Source of the DNA: Octopus sinensis
Lineage: Eukaryota
DNA: 51,452 nt
Assembly (NCBI RefSeq): GCF_006345805.1
Contig: NW_021834243.1
Coordinates: 1 to 51,452, forward strand
Direction of reading: 5' to 3'
This document shows, piece after piece, positions 40,301 to 51,452 of this stretch; the first letter of the stretch is position 1; each line of letters starts with the position of its first letter. The position numbers and the translations under genes are program-made. Under the pieces are notes generated by a model, which worked only from the letters and a program-made list of their open reading frames with translations, did not search any database and had not been told where the DNA came from.

Positions 40301-42265
40301 TTTTGCAAATTTGCCAAGTCTTTGAGTTTTGCCAATTTTACAAGTCATTGATTTTTGCCAATTTATCAAATATTATCCTTCCAATTTATTAATTCATTGA
40401 TTCTTGCCAATTTACCAAGTCATTGATTTTTGCCAATTTACCAAGTCATTGATTTTTGCCAATTTAGCAAGTCATTTATTTCTTGTCAATTTACCAATTC
40501 ATGGAATTGCCAATTTACCAATTCATTGATTTCTTCCCAATTTACCAATTGATATCTTGCCGATTTACCAATTCCTTGATTTTTCCCAATTTACCAATTG
40601 GTTTCTTGCCAATTTACTAATTGATTGATTTTTGCCAATTTAACAAGTCATTGATTTCTTGCCAATTTACCAATTCATTGATTTCTTCCCAATTTACCAA
40701 TTGATTTCTTGCCGATTTACCAATTCCTTGATTTTTCCCAATTTACCAATTGGTTTCAATCAATTTACTAATTGATTGATTTTTGCCAATTTTACAAATC
40801 ATTGATTTCTTGCCAATTTAACAAATCATTGATTTTTGCCAATTTCCAAGTCATTAATTTTTGCCAATTTACCAAGTCATTGATTTCTTGCAAATTTACC
40901 AAGTCTTTGATTTTTGCCAATTTACCAAGTCATTGATATCTTGCCAATTTACCAATTCATGATTTCTTCCCAATTTACCAATAGGTTTCTTGCCAATTTA
41001 CTAAATGATTATGTTTGCCAATTTACCAATTCATTGATGTTTGCCAGTTTACTAAGTCATTGATATCTTGCCAATTCATCAAGTCATTGATTTCTTCCCA
41101 ATTTCCCAATTCATTTCTTGCCGATTTACTGATTGATTGATTTTTGCCAATTTACCAAGTCATTGATATCTTGCCAATTTACTAATTAATTGATTCTTGT
41201 CAATTCACCAAGTCATTGATTTTTGCCAATTTACCAAGTCATTGATTTCTCGCCAATTTACAAAGTCATTGATTTCTTGCCAATTTACCAATTAGTTTCC
41301 TGCCAATTTACCAATTAATTTTTTGCCAATTTACTAATTAATTGATTCTTGCCAATTTAGCAAATCATTGATGTTTGCCAATTTAACAAGTCATTGATTT
41401 TTGCCAAGTTACCATTTCATTCATATCTTGCCAATTTCCCAACTGATTTCTTGCCGATTTACCATCGATTTCTTCCCAATTTATCAATTGATTTCTTGCC
41501 AATTTACCAAGTCACTGAATTTTTTCCAATTTACCAAGTCATTGATATCTTGCCAATTTACCAAGTCATTGATTTCTTGCCAATTTACCAATTAATTGAT
41601 TTCTTCCAAATTTCCCAATTGATTTCTTGCGGATATACCAATTCATTGATTTCTTCCCAATTTACCAGTTGGTTTCTTGCCAATTTACCAAGTCATTGAT
41701 TTTTCCCAATTTACCAATTAGTTTCTTGCCAATTTACTAATTGATTGATTTTTGCCGATTTACCAATTCATTGATTTCTTCCCAATTTACCAATTGGTTT
41801 CTTGCTAATTTACTAATTGATTGATTCTTGCCAATTTACCAAGTCATTGATGTTTGCCAGTTTACCAATTCATATATTTCTTCCCTCTTGCCAATTTACC
41901 AAGTAATTAATTTTTGCCAATTTACCAATTCATTGATTTTTGCCAATTTACCAAGTCATTGTTTTCTTGCCAATTTACCAATTCATTGATTTCTTCCCAA
42001 TTTACCAATTGATTTCTTGCCGATTTACCAATTCCTTGATTTCTTCCCAATTTACCAATTGATTTCTTGCCGATTTACCAATTCCTTGATTTCTTCCCAA
42101 TTTACCAATTGGTTTCTTGCCAATTTACTAATTGATTGATTTTTGCCAATTTAACAAGTCATTGATTTTTGCCAATTTACCAAGTCATTGATTTCTTGGC
42201 AATTTAACAACTCATTGATTTTTGCCAATTTACCAAGTCACTGATTTCTTGCCAATTTACCAAAT
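37348..42265. repeat. Satellite A, right block, same orientation as the left block
   Basis: Direct reading; ~120-bp foreign insert at 38516-38637. Confidence 0.95.
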
Positions 42266-42623
42266 GTTTTATTTCTTGAAGTGGCGTGTCTAATTAGGCA
42301 TTGTCTTGGTGGTTGAGGTTTCGGTTTCTTTTAACTAAAACATTTCGACATAGGGCACGAAATATCTTCAGTACTTCATTTCGTGGCCGGTACTCATTCT
42401 ATCAATCGATTTGTGGCGAACTGCTAGGTCACAACGATTGAAATCAACCCACTCTGGATCGCAGTCTGCGTTTCTGTGTGTTTGTGTGTGTGTGCGTGTG
42501 CGTGTGTGCGCGTGTGTGTGTGTGTGTGCCTGTGTGTGTGTTTGAAGTAATACATAAGATGACTGTCTCCAAGGAGTTCTACTTGTGAAGATGTTAAAGT
42601 CCTTTGTAATTTTGTAGTAAAAG

Positions 42624-43080
42624 GCGTCGAGCTGGCAGAATCGTTTGAACGACGAGCGAGGTGCTTAGCCGTATTTCGTCTGCCGTTACGTTCTGAGTTC
42701 AAATTCCGCCGAGGTCGACTTTGCATTTCATCATTTCAGGGTCGATAAATTAAGTACCAGTTACGCACTGGGGTCGATGTAATCGACTTAATCCGTTTGT
42801 CTGTCCTTGTTTCGTACTAGGGTCGATGTAATTGACTATGCCTCCCCACCCCACAAATTTCAGGCCGTGTGCCTATAATAGAAAGGAAAAGCGGAGAGCT
42901 GGCAGAGTCGTTAGAACGCTAGGCATACGTTTTAGCGCCATTTTGCTCGTCGGTTCCTTCTGAGTTCAAATTCCGCCGGGATCGACTTTGTCCTTTCATT
43001 CTTTTCGGAATCGATAAAGTAAGTATCAGTGGAGCCCTCCCCCACGCATTGCTGGCCTTGTAGCAAATATTTGAAACCAG
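42624..43080 (+). mobile_element. Two adjacent SINE-A-family copies (42624-42890, 42893-43080) with alternative tails
   Basis: Heads gagctggcag(a/g)atcgtt; tails ccccacaaatttcaggccgtgtgcc and cattgctggccttgtagcaaatatttgaaacc. Confidence 0.8.
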
Positions 43081-43127
43081 TATTTTAGGCTTAACTATAC
43101 ACGGAATTCACGAGCCATTTTCCATAT

Positions 43128-43170
43128 ATAGTGATCCCTGGCCATATCGCGGTTCACCTATCGCGGTTTA
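43128..43170 (+). mobile_element. Possible Tigger/pogo-like transposon end
   Basis: ta-tagtgatccctggccatatcgcggttcacctatcgcgg resembles pogo-family termini (recognition only). Confidence 0.35.
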
Positions 43171-43216
43171 TTATTTAAGCTTACGTAGATTCCTTTGTGG
43201 TGTTATAATAAAATAA

Positions 43217-43381
<165 letters not shown>

Positions 43382-43382
43382 T

Positions 43383-44353
43383 TGGCAATTGGCTGATAGG
43401 TGGGAGGAGAAACCTCTGCACGGCAAATATGTGACCCGCAGCAAACAAGCTGATGTTGACCAGAAGCAAACCCATCAGTGGCTACGGAGCTCAGGGCTAA
43501 AAGCAGAGAGCGAAGGTTTCATCCTGGCTGCTCAAGATCAAAGCCTATTAACCCGGAACTACCAGGCCAATGTGATGAAAAATGGAGCAGACCCAAAATG
43601 CCGATTCTGCAACGACATGATTGAAACAGTGGACCACCTAGTCTCTGGATGTAAAGTCTTAGCACCAGTGGAGTATAAATTAAGACATGACAGAGTTGGC
43701 CAATATCTCCACTGGCTAATAAGTCGGCATTACAATATCAAAACTGCCGACAAGTGGTATAATCACCACCCTGAGGCTGTAACTGAAGGAGAAAATGTAA
43801 CCATTCTGTGGGACTTTCCAGTACATACAGACCGAACCATCAAGGCCAATAAACCAGATATTGTTGTGAAAGACCAAAACAATAAAGTTTGCTTATTGAT
43901 CGACATGAGCATCCCCTGTGATCATAATATCTCAGCGAAAGAGTTTGACAAGCTCAGAAAATATAAAGACCTACTCATTGAAATTGAGAAAATGTGGCAT
44001 CTCAAGGCGGTTACAATACCAGTGATCGTAGGAGCACTAGGAATGATCAAGAAGGGAACCGAAAATTATATGAGAATGATCCCTGGCTTACCATCCCTGC
44101 AAGAAGTGCAAAAGATTGTCGTAACTGGTACATCACACGTATTGAGAAGAGCATTGTCGATGTGAGAACTGTTGCTGCTCATGTATTTTAATTTAACTTT
44201 AAAAAAAATTTTTTTTTTTAAATTTAAAAAAATGAACGAACTATTGAGTTTGGTTTAATGGCCTACCAATGTATACTATGAGTTTCTTTGCCCTAGGAGT
44301 CGGGAAGACACTCGACAAGAAATGGAAGCAAATTTGAAAGAAGAAAAAAAAAG
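43383..44353 (+). mobile_element. 5'-truncated R4/Dong-type non-LTR retrotransposon; uninterrupted 258-codon CCHC plus RLE ORF end (43389-44165) and 3' UTR
   Basis: W..KPLHG, GFILAAQDQ, CRFC..ETVDHLVSGC, RHD, ILWDFPVHTDRTIKANKPDIVV..LIDMSIP..KLRKY, PVIVGALG; (AAT)n on both sides. Confidence 0.92.
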
Positions 44354-44389
44354 TAATAATAATAATAATATATATATATACATACATAC

Positions 44390-44457
44390 TAGGAGTGGCT
44401 GTGTGGTAAGTAGCTTGCTTACCAGCGACACGGTTCTGCGTTCAGTCCCACTGCGTA
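44390..44457 (+). mobile_element. SINE-B 5' fragment
   Basis: ggagtggctgtgtggtaagtagcttgctt..gttcagtcccactgcgt. Confidence 0.8.
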
Positions 44458-44494
44458 AATGACCTCCCCGCCGGTTTCAAGGCACTGTGATTTG

Positions 44495-44790
44495 GATGGT
44501 GAGGATGATGAGGATGATGGTGATGAGGATGAGGAAATGGAGCCCAGTGATGGTGAACATGACCAAGATTATGATAATGATAATAATGACCACCACGATG
44601 AAGATGGTGACGGTGATGATGAAAGTGATGATGATGGTGATGACGACGACGCCGATGACGACGGTGATGATGACAATGAATGATGAATGATGATGGTGAT
44701 GAGGATGATGACGATGATGATGATAACAATAATGATAATGACGATGAATGATGAATGATGAATGATGAATGATGATGGCGATGGTGATGA
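44495..44790. repeat. Degenerate (GAT)n
   Basis: Direct reading. Confidence 0.9.
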
Positions 44791-44863
44791 TGTAAATATG
44801 TAAATATATGTGTTTTATCTATATATATACAAACACATATATTTACATATTTACATCATCACC

Positions 44864-44898
<35 letters not shown>

Positions 44899-45094
44899 TA
44901 CATACATAAATACATGGATTCAAGCACAAACGCGCGCACACTCATACGCAAGCAGCATAGACTTTCTCAGGCAAACTGAAAGTCTCTTCCTCTTTGATAG
45001 AAAAGCTTGAGAATGGCCCCCACCCCCACACACACCTCCAACTGACATGGGAAATTCCCACCTCCCTAAAGAACTCCCTACTGGCTGAGTAGAA

Positions 45095-45197
45095 AACACT
45101 CTGTAGTAGAAAACACTTGCCCAAGGTGCCACGCAGTGGGACCGAACCCGGACCCATGTGGTTGGTAAGCAAGCTTCTTACCACACAGCCACGCCTA
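45095..45197 (-). mobile_element. SINE-B 5' fragment
   Basis: cacttgcccaaggtgccacgcagtggg..cttaccacacagccacgcc. Confidence 0.85.
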
Positions 45198-45199
45198 AC

Positions 45200-45850
45200 T
45201 TTACTCCCTGGAGCGAAGGCGCAACATGTAATAATCTTGTAATGGAAACCCTAGAAGAGCTAGTACCATATTTCGGCATTGAACGTTATACAAATACCAG
45301 AACGGGACTCGACTGTACTATACTAGCCAAAATGTGGTTACTTCTATACCATAGTCGTGTGGTAAACTCTATATTGGACAAACAGGAATTTCGCCCCGTC
45401 AAAGAATCACCATTCACAAAGAGCAAATCCGCCACCCACAATACAGACAATTAAAGGTGAGTGAACACATAGAAAGATGTGCCAGGAATCTTAATCCCAA
45501 TTTCCAAATATTTCCCTTTTACCAATGCTCACAGAACACCACAATGCAACAAAGGTTGAATAAAGAGTCATCTTTCATCAACTAAATGTGAACACACAAC
45601 TCAATACAGAACACCACTAACTCTTCAATTTAAACCACTAAACCCTATACACTTTCTACATCACTCACAATTCTAATTCCTGAACTACTTACCTCCCTTA
45701 TACATATAATCCAGAACTACTTACCTCCCTTACAAATAATCTCTTTTCTCAGGAATTATTAGACCTGACACCGTTTACTAACCGGTGTTGTTCAAACGAT
45801 GAATAGCTAACGCGAAAACAAATTGGTTCGTTTCAGTCTCTTACCTTATT
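45200..45850 (+). pseudogene. Penelope-like element 3' end: GIY-YIG endonuclease remnant plus downstream pLTR-like region
   Basis: 45358-45585 reads CGKLYIGQTGISPRQRITIHKEQIRHPQYRQLKVSEHIERC..FQIFPFY..QRLNKESSFIN*, preceded by a degenerate NVV motif; not called in the ORF track. Confidence 0.85.
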
Positions 45851-46041
45851 ATTATTATTATTATTAACTTCTTATAGTCATCAATAATAATGACCTTTTT
45901 GACTAGTAATACTCTAAATGTATATATTTGTCACTACCTGTCATAAATAGCCTTTTTATATCTACAATATGCATTTTCATTAAGTTTTCATATTTTACCC
46001 CTATATATATATATATAACAAGGTAAAATACACTCATCTAT

Positions 46042-46091
<50 letters not shown>

Positions 46092-46095
<4 letters not shown>

Positions 46096-47690
46096 TTGTC
46101 TACTCCTCGTGCAGAGTTTGACCACCTCCTGTACCTACACCTTAGCAGCATCATGGCATCTGATTTGTCTTTTTAAACCAGACAATGTATTGAAAAGACA
46201 CCCACATAGATTGCACATCCGATTTGGACCACCAAGAGCTGTTGTTAAGTTCTGCTCTTTGTGAATCTTAAAATGTCTTTTAAGGCCTTCTGGCATACAC
46301 TGCATTCAAAGGTGTGCACAGACATATAGGCAGAATAGTTGGTGGAGGTTCGGTTTCCATGCGTTCGCAAATGAGATTTGAGCCCAGCAAAAGACAGGCA
46401 TGGTCTGTCACAGACTGTGCACACAAAAAGGTCATTGTTATTCACCTTCTCGATCGTAAGATTTTTCCTTAAATCTCTTTTGAGTTTTAGTTGCATTATC
46501 CTGGCCTCTTCAAATGGTTTCACTCCACTCAACACTTTTGTTCGCCATCCAACCCTATCCGAAGCAAGGGTTTCTATGTCTTCTGGATCCATTCCAAGTG
46601 ACTTCATAGTAGTCCTTACGCCGTCCTTAAACCATTTTTAGGTTTACGCCGATAGCGTTTCCTCTAGGCAAGCTCACCATAAAACAGCTGTTTCGACATG
46701 CGTTCATCCGCCATTCGAACAATATGGCCAGACCATCTCATTTGGTTCCTCAAAATCATAGCTTTAATTGAGGTGATGCCTGCAGATACAAGGACATCTG
46801 TTTGGAGTAAAAGAACTCCATTTAATTTTTAAAATGCGATGAAGGCATTTTTGTTGGAATTGTTGTAACAATTTAAAATACCTTTCATAACAAGTCAAAG
46901 ATTCACAGGAATACAACAGGGATGGTAGGACAAATGATTTATAAGGATCCAGCTTTGTATTCTTATTTATATGCCGCTGGCACCAAACGCGTGACTCCAA
47001 GCCACCAAATGCTTTTGCTGTCCTTTGAATTCGCAGCTGTATTTCTGTATCAAGATTTCCATCATTTTGAACAGAGCTTCCAAGGTAGATGAACGAATCG
47101 ACAACCTCAAGTAACTTACCCTTAACAAAAAATTTAGCGGGGTTTACAGCACCACACGCAGGTTGATGCATAACAACTCGTTTTTATTTTTTTCAAGTTG
47201 ATGGTTAAGCCAAAATCACCACAATCCGAGTCAAATACAGATACAAGAGATTGCAGACCTGTTTCAGAATGACAGACAAGGTCGCAATCGTCAGTGCACA
47301 AAAGTTCCCAAATGAGTGAAGTAGAAACCTTCGTTTGGAATTTCAGTTTGGTCAGATTAAAAACATTCCCTGTGGTTCGGTAATTTATGTAAATACCCTC
47401 CTCAGAGTTTTGAGAAGTGTGTGACAACACAACAGCAAAGTATATTGCAAAGAGGGTGGGTGCATCAAGGTCTCCTTGCTTTACCCCATTTTCCACGGCA
47501 AAAAAAAAAAAAAATTCAGAGAGCCTACCACCAAAGTTAACTCTGGCTTTCATATCTTGATGCAAAGTCCTGATTATGTTTACAGATTTTTGTGGGCAAC
47601 CTGTTTTCTTAGAATTAGCTGCAGAGCATTTCGATTAACAGAATCGAATGCTTTGCTCAAATCAACAAAGTAATTACATAGAGCAAGATT
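46092..47690 (-). pseudogene. Decayed RTE-clade LINE ORF2 (RT through C-terminal C2H2 fingers)
   Basis: FVDLSKAFDS, GVKQGDLDAPTLF, LCTDDC (YADD-like), FIYLGS, LLYSCES, RWSGHIVRM, CTVCDRPCLSFAGLKSHLRTH. Confidence 0.92.
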
Positions 47691-47692
47691 CC

Positions 47693-47925
47693 GGCCAGCT
47701 GGCGGAATCGTTAGCACGCCGGGCGAAATGCTTAGCAGTATTTCGTCTGCCGATACGTTCTGAGTTCAAATTCCGCCGAGGTCGACTCTACCTTTCATCC
47801 TTTCGGGGTCGATAAATTAAGTACCAGTTCCGCACTGGAGTCGATGTTATCGACTTAATCCGTTGGTCTGTCCTTGTTTGTCCCCTGTATGCTTAGCTCC
47901 TTGTGGGAATTAAAGAAATAAGATT
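47693..47925 (+). mobile_element. SINE-A at the 5' break of the RTE
   Basis: cagctggcggaatcgttagcacgccgggcgaaatgc..taaagaaataag. Confidence 0.9.
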
Positions 47926-47957
47926 CCATTCAATTTTTGCTTGTATATTTTTACTTT

Positions 47958-47994
<37 letters not shown>

Positions 47995-47996
<2 letters not shown>

Positions 47997-48125
47997 CATG
48001 CAACTTTCAGTTTCCGTCTACCAAATCCACTGACAATGGTTTTTGTCGATCCGAGGGAATAGTAGAAGACATTTGCCCAAGGTGCCACGCAGTGCGACTG
48101 AAGCCAGAACTCTGTATTCAACACA

Positions 48126-48130
<5 letters not shown>
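47995..48130 (-). mobile_element. SINE-B head fragment
   Basis: ttcagtttccgtctaccaaatccac..ccaaggtgccacgcagtg. Confidence 0.8.
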
Positions 48131-48178
<48 letters not shown>

Positions 48179-48249
48179 GGTCTCAAATACTACTTGGCTG
48201 ACATGGAATTAAAAATGAATGTTACTGGGTAACTATATAATAACCATTA

Positions 48250-48520
48250 AATAAGTACCAGTTACGCACTGGGGTCAATATAATCGACTTAATCCGTTTG
48301 TCTGTCCTTGTTTGTCCCCTCTGTGTTTAGCCCCTTGTGGATAGTAAAGCAATAGGTATATCGTCTGTCTTTACGTTCTGAGTTCAAATTCCGTCGAGGT
48401 CGACTTTGCCTTTCATCCTTTCGGGGTCGATAAATTAATTACCAGCTACGTATTGGGGTCGATCTAATCAACTGGCCCCTCCCCCAAAAAATTTCGGGCC
48501 TTGTGTAGAGTAGAAAAGAA
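48250..48520 (+). mobile_element. 5'-truncated SINE-A dimer with the alternative tail
   Basis: First tail gtaaagcaataggta, re-entry at tcgtctg, ends cccctcccccaaaaaatttcgggccttgtgtagagtagaaaaga. Confidence 0.85.
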
Positions 48521-48843
48521 TATATACTGTATATACTATATATACTATATATACTGTATATACTATATATACTATATATACTGTATATACTGTATATACT
48601 GTATATACTATATATATATACAGTATATTTATATATACACACACACACATATATACACATATTCCATTCTCTGTTACCTTGCTCCCTAAATACCCCTCTC
48701 CTTCTCCCTCAGCCTCTCCTGACTCGTTCCTTTACATCACAGTCTCATTTTCTCATCCTTATTGAACCTGTTCCCTAACATCATTCTCTCTCTCCCGCTC
48801 TCTCTCTTTCTTTCTTTCTCTCTCTCTCTTTCCTCCATCCCAT

Positions 48844-49228
48844 TGTGGAGGCGCAATGGCCCAGTGGTTAGGGCAGCGGACTCGTGGTCGTAGGATCGCA
48901 GTTTCGATTCCCAGACCGGGCGTTGTGAGTGTTTATTGAGCGAAAACACCTAAAGCTCCACGAGGCACCGGCAGGGGATGGTGGTGATCCCTGCTGTACT
49001 CTTTCACCACAACTTTCTCTCACTCTTACTTCCTGTTTCTGTTGTACCTGTATTTCAAGGGGCCGGCCTTGTCACTCTCTGTGTCACGCTGAATATCCCC
49101 GAGAAATACGTTAAGGGTACACGTGTCTGTGGAGTGCTCAGCCACTTACACGTTAATTTCACGAGCAGGCTGTTCCGTTGATTCGGATCAACCGGAACCC
49201 TCGTCGTCGGAACCGACGGAGTGCTTCC
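48844..49228 (+). mobile_element. SINE-C, full length, with ~10-bp TSD
   Basis: A box tggcccagtggttaggg, B box gtttcgattccc; TSD tccatcccat (48834-43) / tccattccat (49232-41). Confidence 0.92.
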
Positions 49229-49479
49229 CCTTCCATTCCATCTTCGGTCTTTAACTTCCCTACACATACCCTCACATTCTCTTTTCTTGTTTCATATTTT
49301 TACCTAGTCACCTGAGAGCTTAACTGCGCACACCTACTCAGCATGCACACACGCAGAGACACAGACAGAGGCACACGCACACACACACACACACAAATAC
49401 ACACACACACACACACCACACAATATAACAGCCATTCACATAGAACCAAATACTCCAACACAAGCACACACTGGCACAC

Positions 49480-49536
49480 AGAAACTTTCCAACATACAAA
49501 TTTTAATCATGTACATCGTTATATACGCGTGTGTGC

Positions 49537-49568
<32 letters not shown>

Positions 49569-50064
49569 ATATATAAATGTATAAATATGCATATACATGT
49601 ATGTATAGATATATATGTATGCATACAGACACATACACGTATATATATATATACACACACACATATACATATGCATGTGTATATCTATATGTACATATAT
49701 AAACATATATATATATATATTATATATGCACATTTACATTTATATTCCAGGTATATATGTGTGCGTGTATATATATAGAGAGATAGAGAGATACATACAT
49801 ACATACATACATACATACATAAATACATATATACATACGTACGTACGTATGTACATACGTACACACATACATACGTACATACATATATAAGTACATATAT
49901 ACATACGTACATACATACATACATACATACAGACATACATACATACATATATACATACATACATACATACATACGTACATACATACATGCACGCAAACAT
50001 ACATACATGCATGCAAACATACATACATACATACATACATACATACATACATACATACATACAT

Positions 50065-50095
<31 letters not shown>

Positions 50096-50215
50096 TACAT
50101 ACATACATACATTCATACAAACATACATACATACATACCATACAACATACATACATACATACATATATACCTACCTACATACATACGTAGTACATACGTA
50201 CGTACGTACATACAT
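49480..50215. repeat. (TA)n/(TACA)n microsatellites
   Basis: Direct reading. Confidence 0.95.
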
Positions 50216-50527
50216 ACTTACACAAATGCGTACATATACAAATATAAAGATTCCACTAAGTGCTCACAATCAGTAACTCACAGAAACACTCACACACGTA
50301 TACACGCAAACACAGGAACATTCCAGACGAACAAGAGCCGTTTGGGCAAAACTATTCGCCATTGTCGTTGACTTCCCATCATGCAACATTGTGTGTCTCT
50401 TCGCTACTGCTACCTGTTTGTGACATGTGACACAGGAACAGTGCAACACCTAGCAACAACAGGACCGCGTAAAACCCGTCAAATGACAGCTGATAAGATA
50501 CCACTGCGAAGCCATATTCCAACCAAT

Positions 50528-50820
50528 GTCTTCTTCTTCTTCTTCTTCTTCTTCTTCTTCTTCTTCTTCTCCTCCTCCTCCTCCCTTCTTCTTCTTCTGT
50601 GCTTTCTCCTCCTCCTCCTTCTTCTTCTTTTCTTCTTTTCTTCTCTCTTTCCTCCTTCCTCTCTTCTTATCCTTCTTCTCCTTCTTCTTCTTATCTTCTT
50701 CTTCTTCTTCTTCGTCTCTTCTTCTTCTTCTTCTTCTTCTTCTTCTACTACTACTACTACTACTTCTTCTCCTTCTCCTTCTTCTTCTTCTTCTTCTTCT
50801 CCTCCTTCTCCATCTTCTTC
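50528..50820. repeat. (CTT/CCT)n trinucleotide tract
   Basis: Direct reading. Confidence 0.95.
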
Positions 50821-51244
50821 GTTTCCCCATTGCTAAAATAGGGAGGGAACCTCATAAATGGATTGTTACTGGATATAGAACACAACTTTTTCTATGACGT
50901 TTCTCAATATAGACCTCTGCCTGAGTGTGTGTGTGTGTGTGTGTGTATGTAGGTGTGTGTACGTGCGTGTGTAGGTGTATGAGTGTGCGCGCGTTTGTGC
51001 TTATGTGTATGCATTTATGTAGGTATGTGTGTATATGTATAGATATATATATATACACACTCACATACATATATTTACACATATATATATACACACACAC
51101 GACCATATACGTACACATTCATTTGTATGTATGTGCGTGTGTATGTGTATGAGTGGGCGCGCGCTTGTGCTTATATGAGTGTATTTATGTATGTATGTAT
51201 GTATGTATGTATGTGTGTGTGTGTGTATATATATATATATAGAT

Positions 51245-51289
<45 letters not shown>

Positions 51290-51315
51290 GACACACATAT
51301 ATTTACATATATATG

Positions 51316-51351
<36 letters not shown>

Positions 51352-51452
51352 CACAACCATAAAGTATATAACCACTTGTGTGTGTGTGTTTGTGTGTACG
51401 CATATATAATAAACAAACATAAATGCGTAGACAAAACCATCTCTTACAAAGA

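Noticed and set aside
30270-42265. Satellite ORFs (CQFTKSLIS, PTEIKEGADRDQRGCRQRSKRV, NVWNVW repeats) as repetitive proteins
   Set aside because: They are direct translations of 27-, 22- and 9-bp units, open in several frames, with frequent frameshifts and no splice or start context
44459-44690. Acidic D/E-rich ORF
   Set aside because: Translation of degenerate (GAT)n
48844-48920. Functional tRNA genes at SINE heads
   Set aside because: They continue into SINE bodies with TSDs and lack a paired acceptor stem
50381-50897. Long poly-R/E/L/S ORFs
   Set aside because: Translation of the (CTT)n tract

Overview
Eukaryotic, AT-rich, repeat-saturated window. The tRNA-derived SINE families and the very high microsatellite load point to an Octopus-type cephalopod genome; this is inferred from recognising repeats, not from a database search. 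No complete host gene is visible, and nearly all ORF-track calls are translations of microsatellites or satellites. Supported content: (i) many copies of three SINE families (working labels SINE-A, -B, -C) plus older SINEs; (ii) LINE fragments: an L1/Tx1-like ORF1, two restriction-like-endonuclease (R4/Dong-type) copies, an RTE with C-terminal C2H2 fingers, a CR1-like 3' end and a Penelope GIY-YIG end; (iii) DNA-transposon derivatives: a TA-flanked MITE, a Helitron and a 550-bp palindromic mariner; (iv) a 12-kb composite satellite (26-27-bp, 22-bp and 9-bp units) with an internal inversion. Most interesting signals: a set of hammerhead-ribozyme folds read directly from the sequence (one fully canonical at 12427-12487, a covarying tandem pair at 5066-5762, a minimal one at 14159-14194), sitting in (TA)n-embedded fold-back or tandem elements that probably depend on Penelope-like retroelements; and a candidate RFX (X-box) plus CCAAT promoter with a first coding exon at about 10.8-11.0 kb. 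Coordinates were counted by hand and may be off by a few bases.
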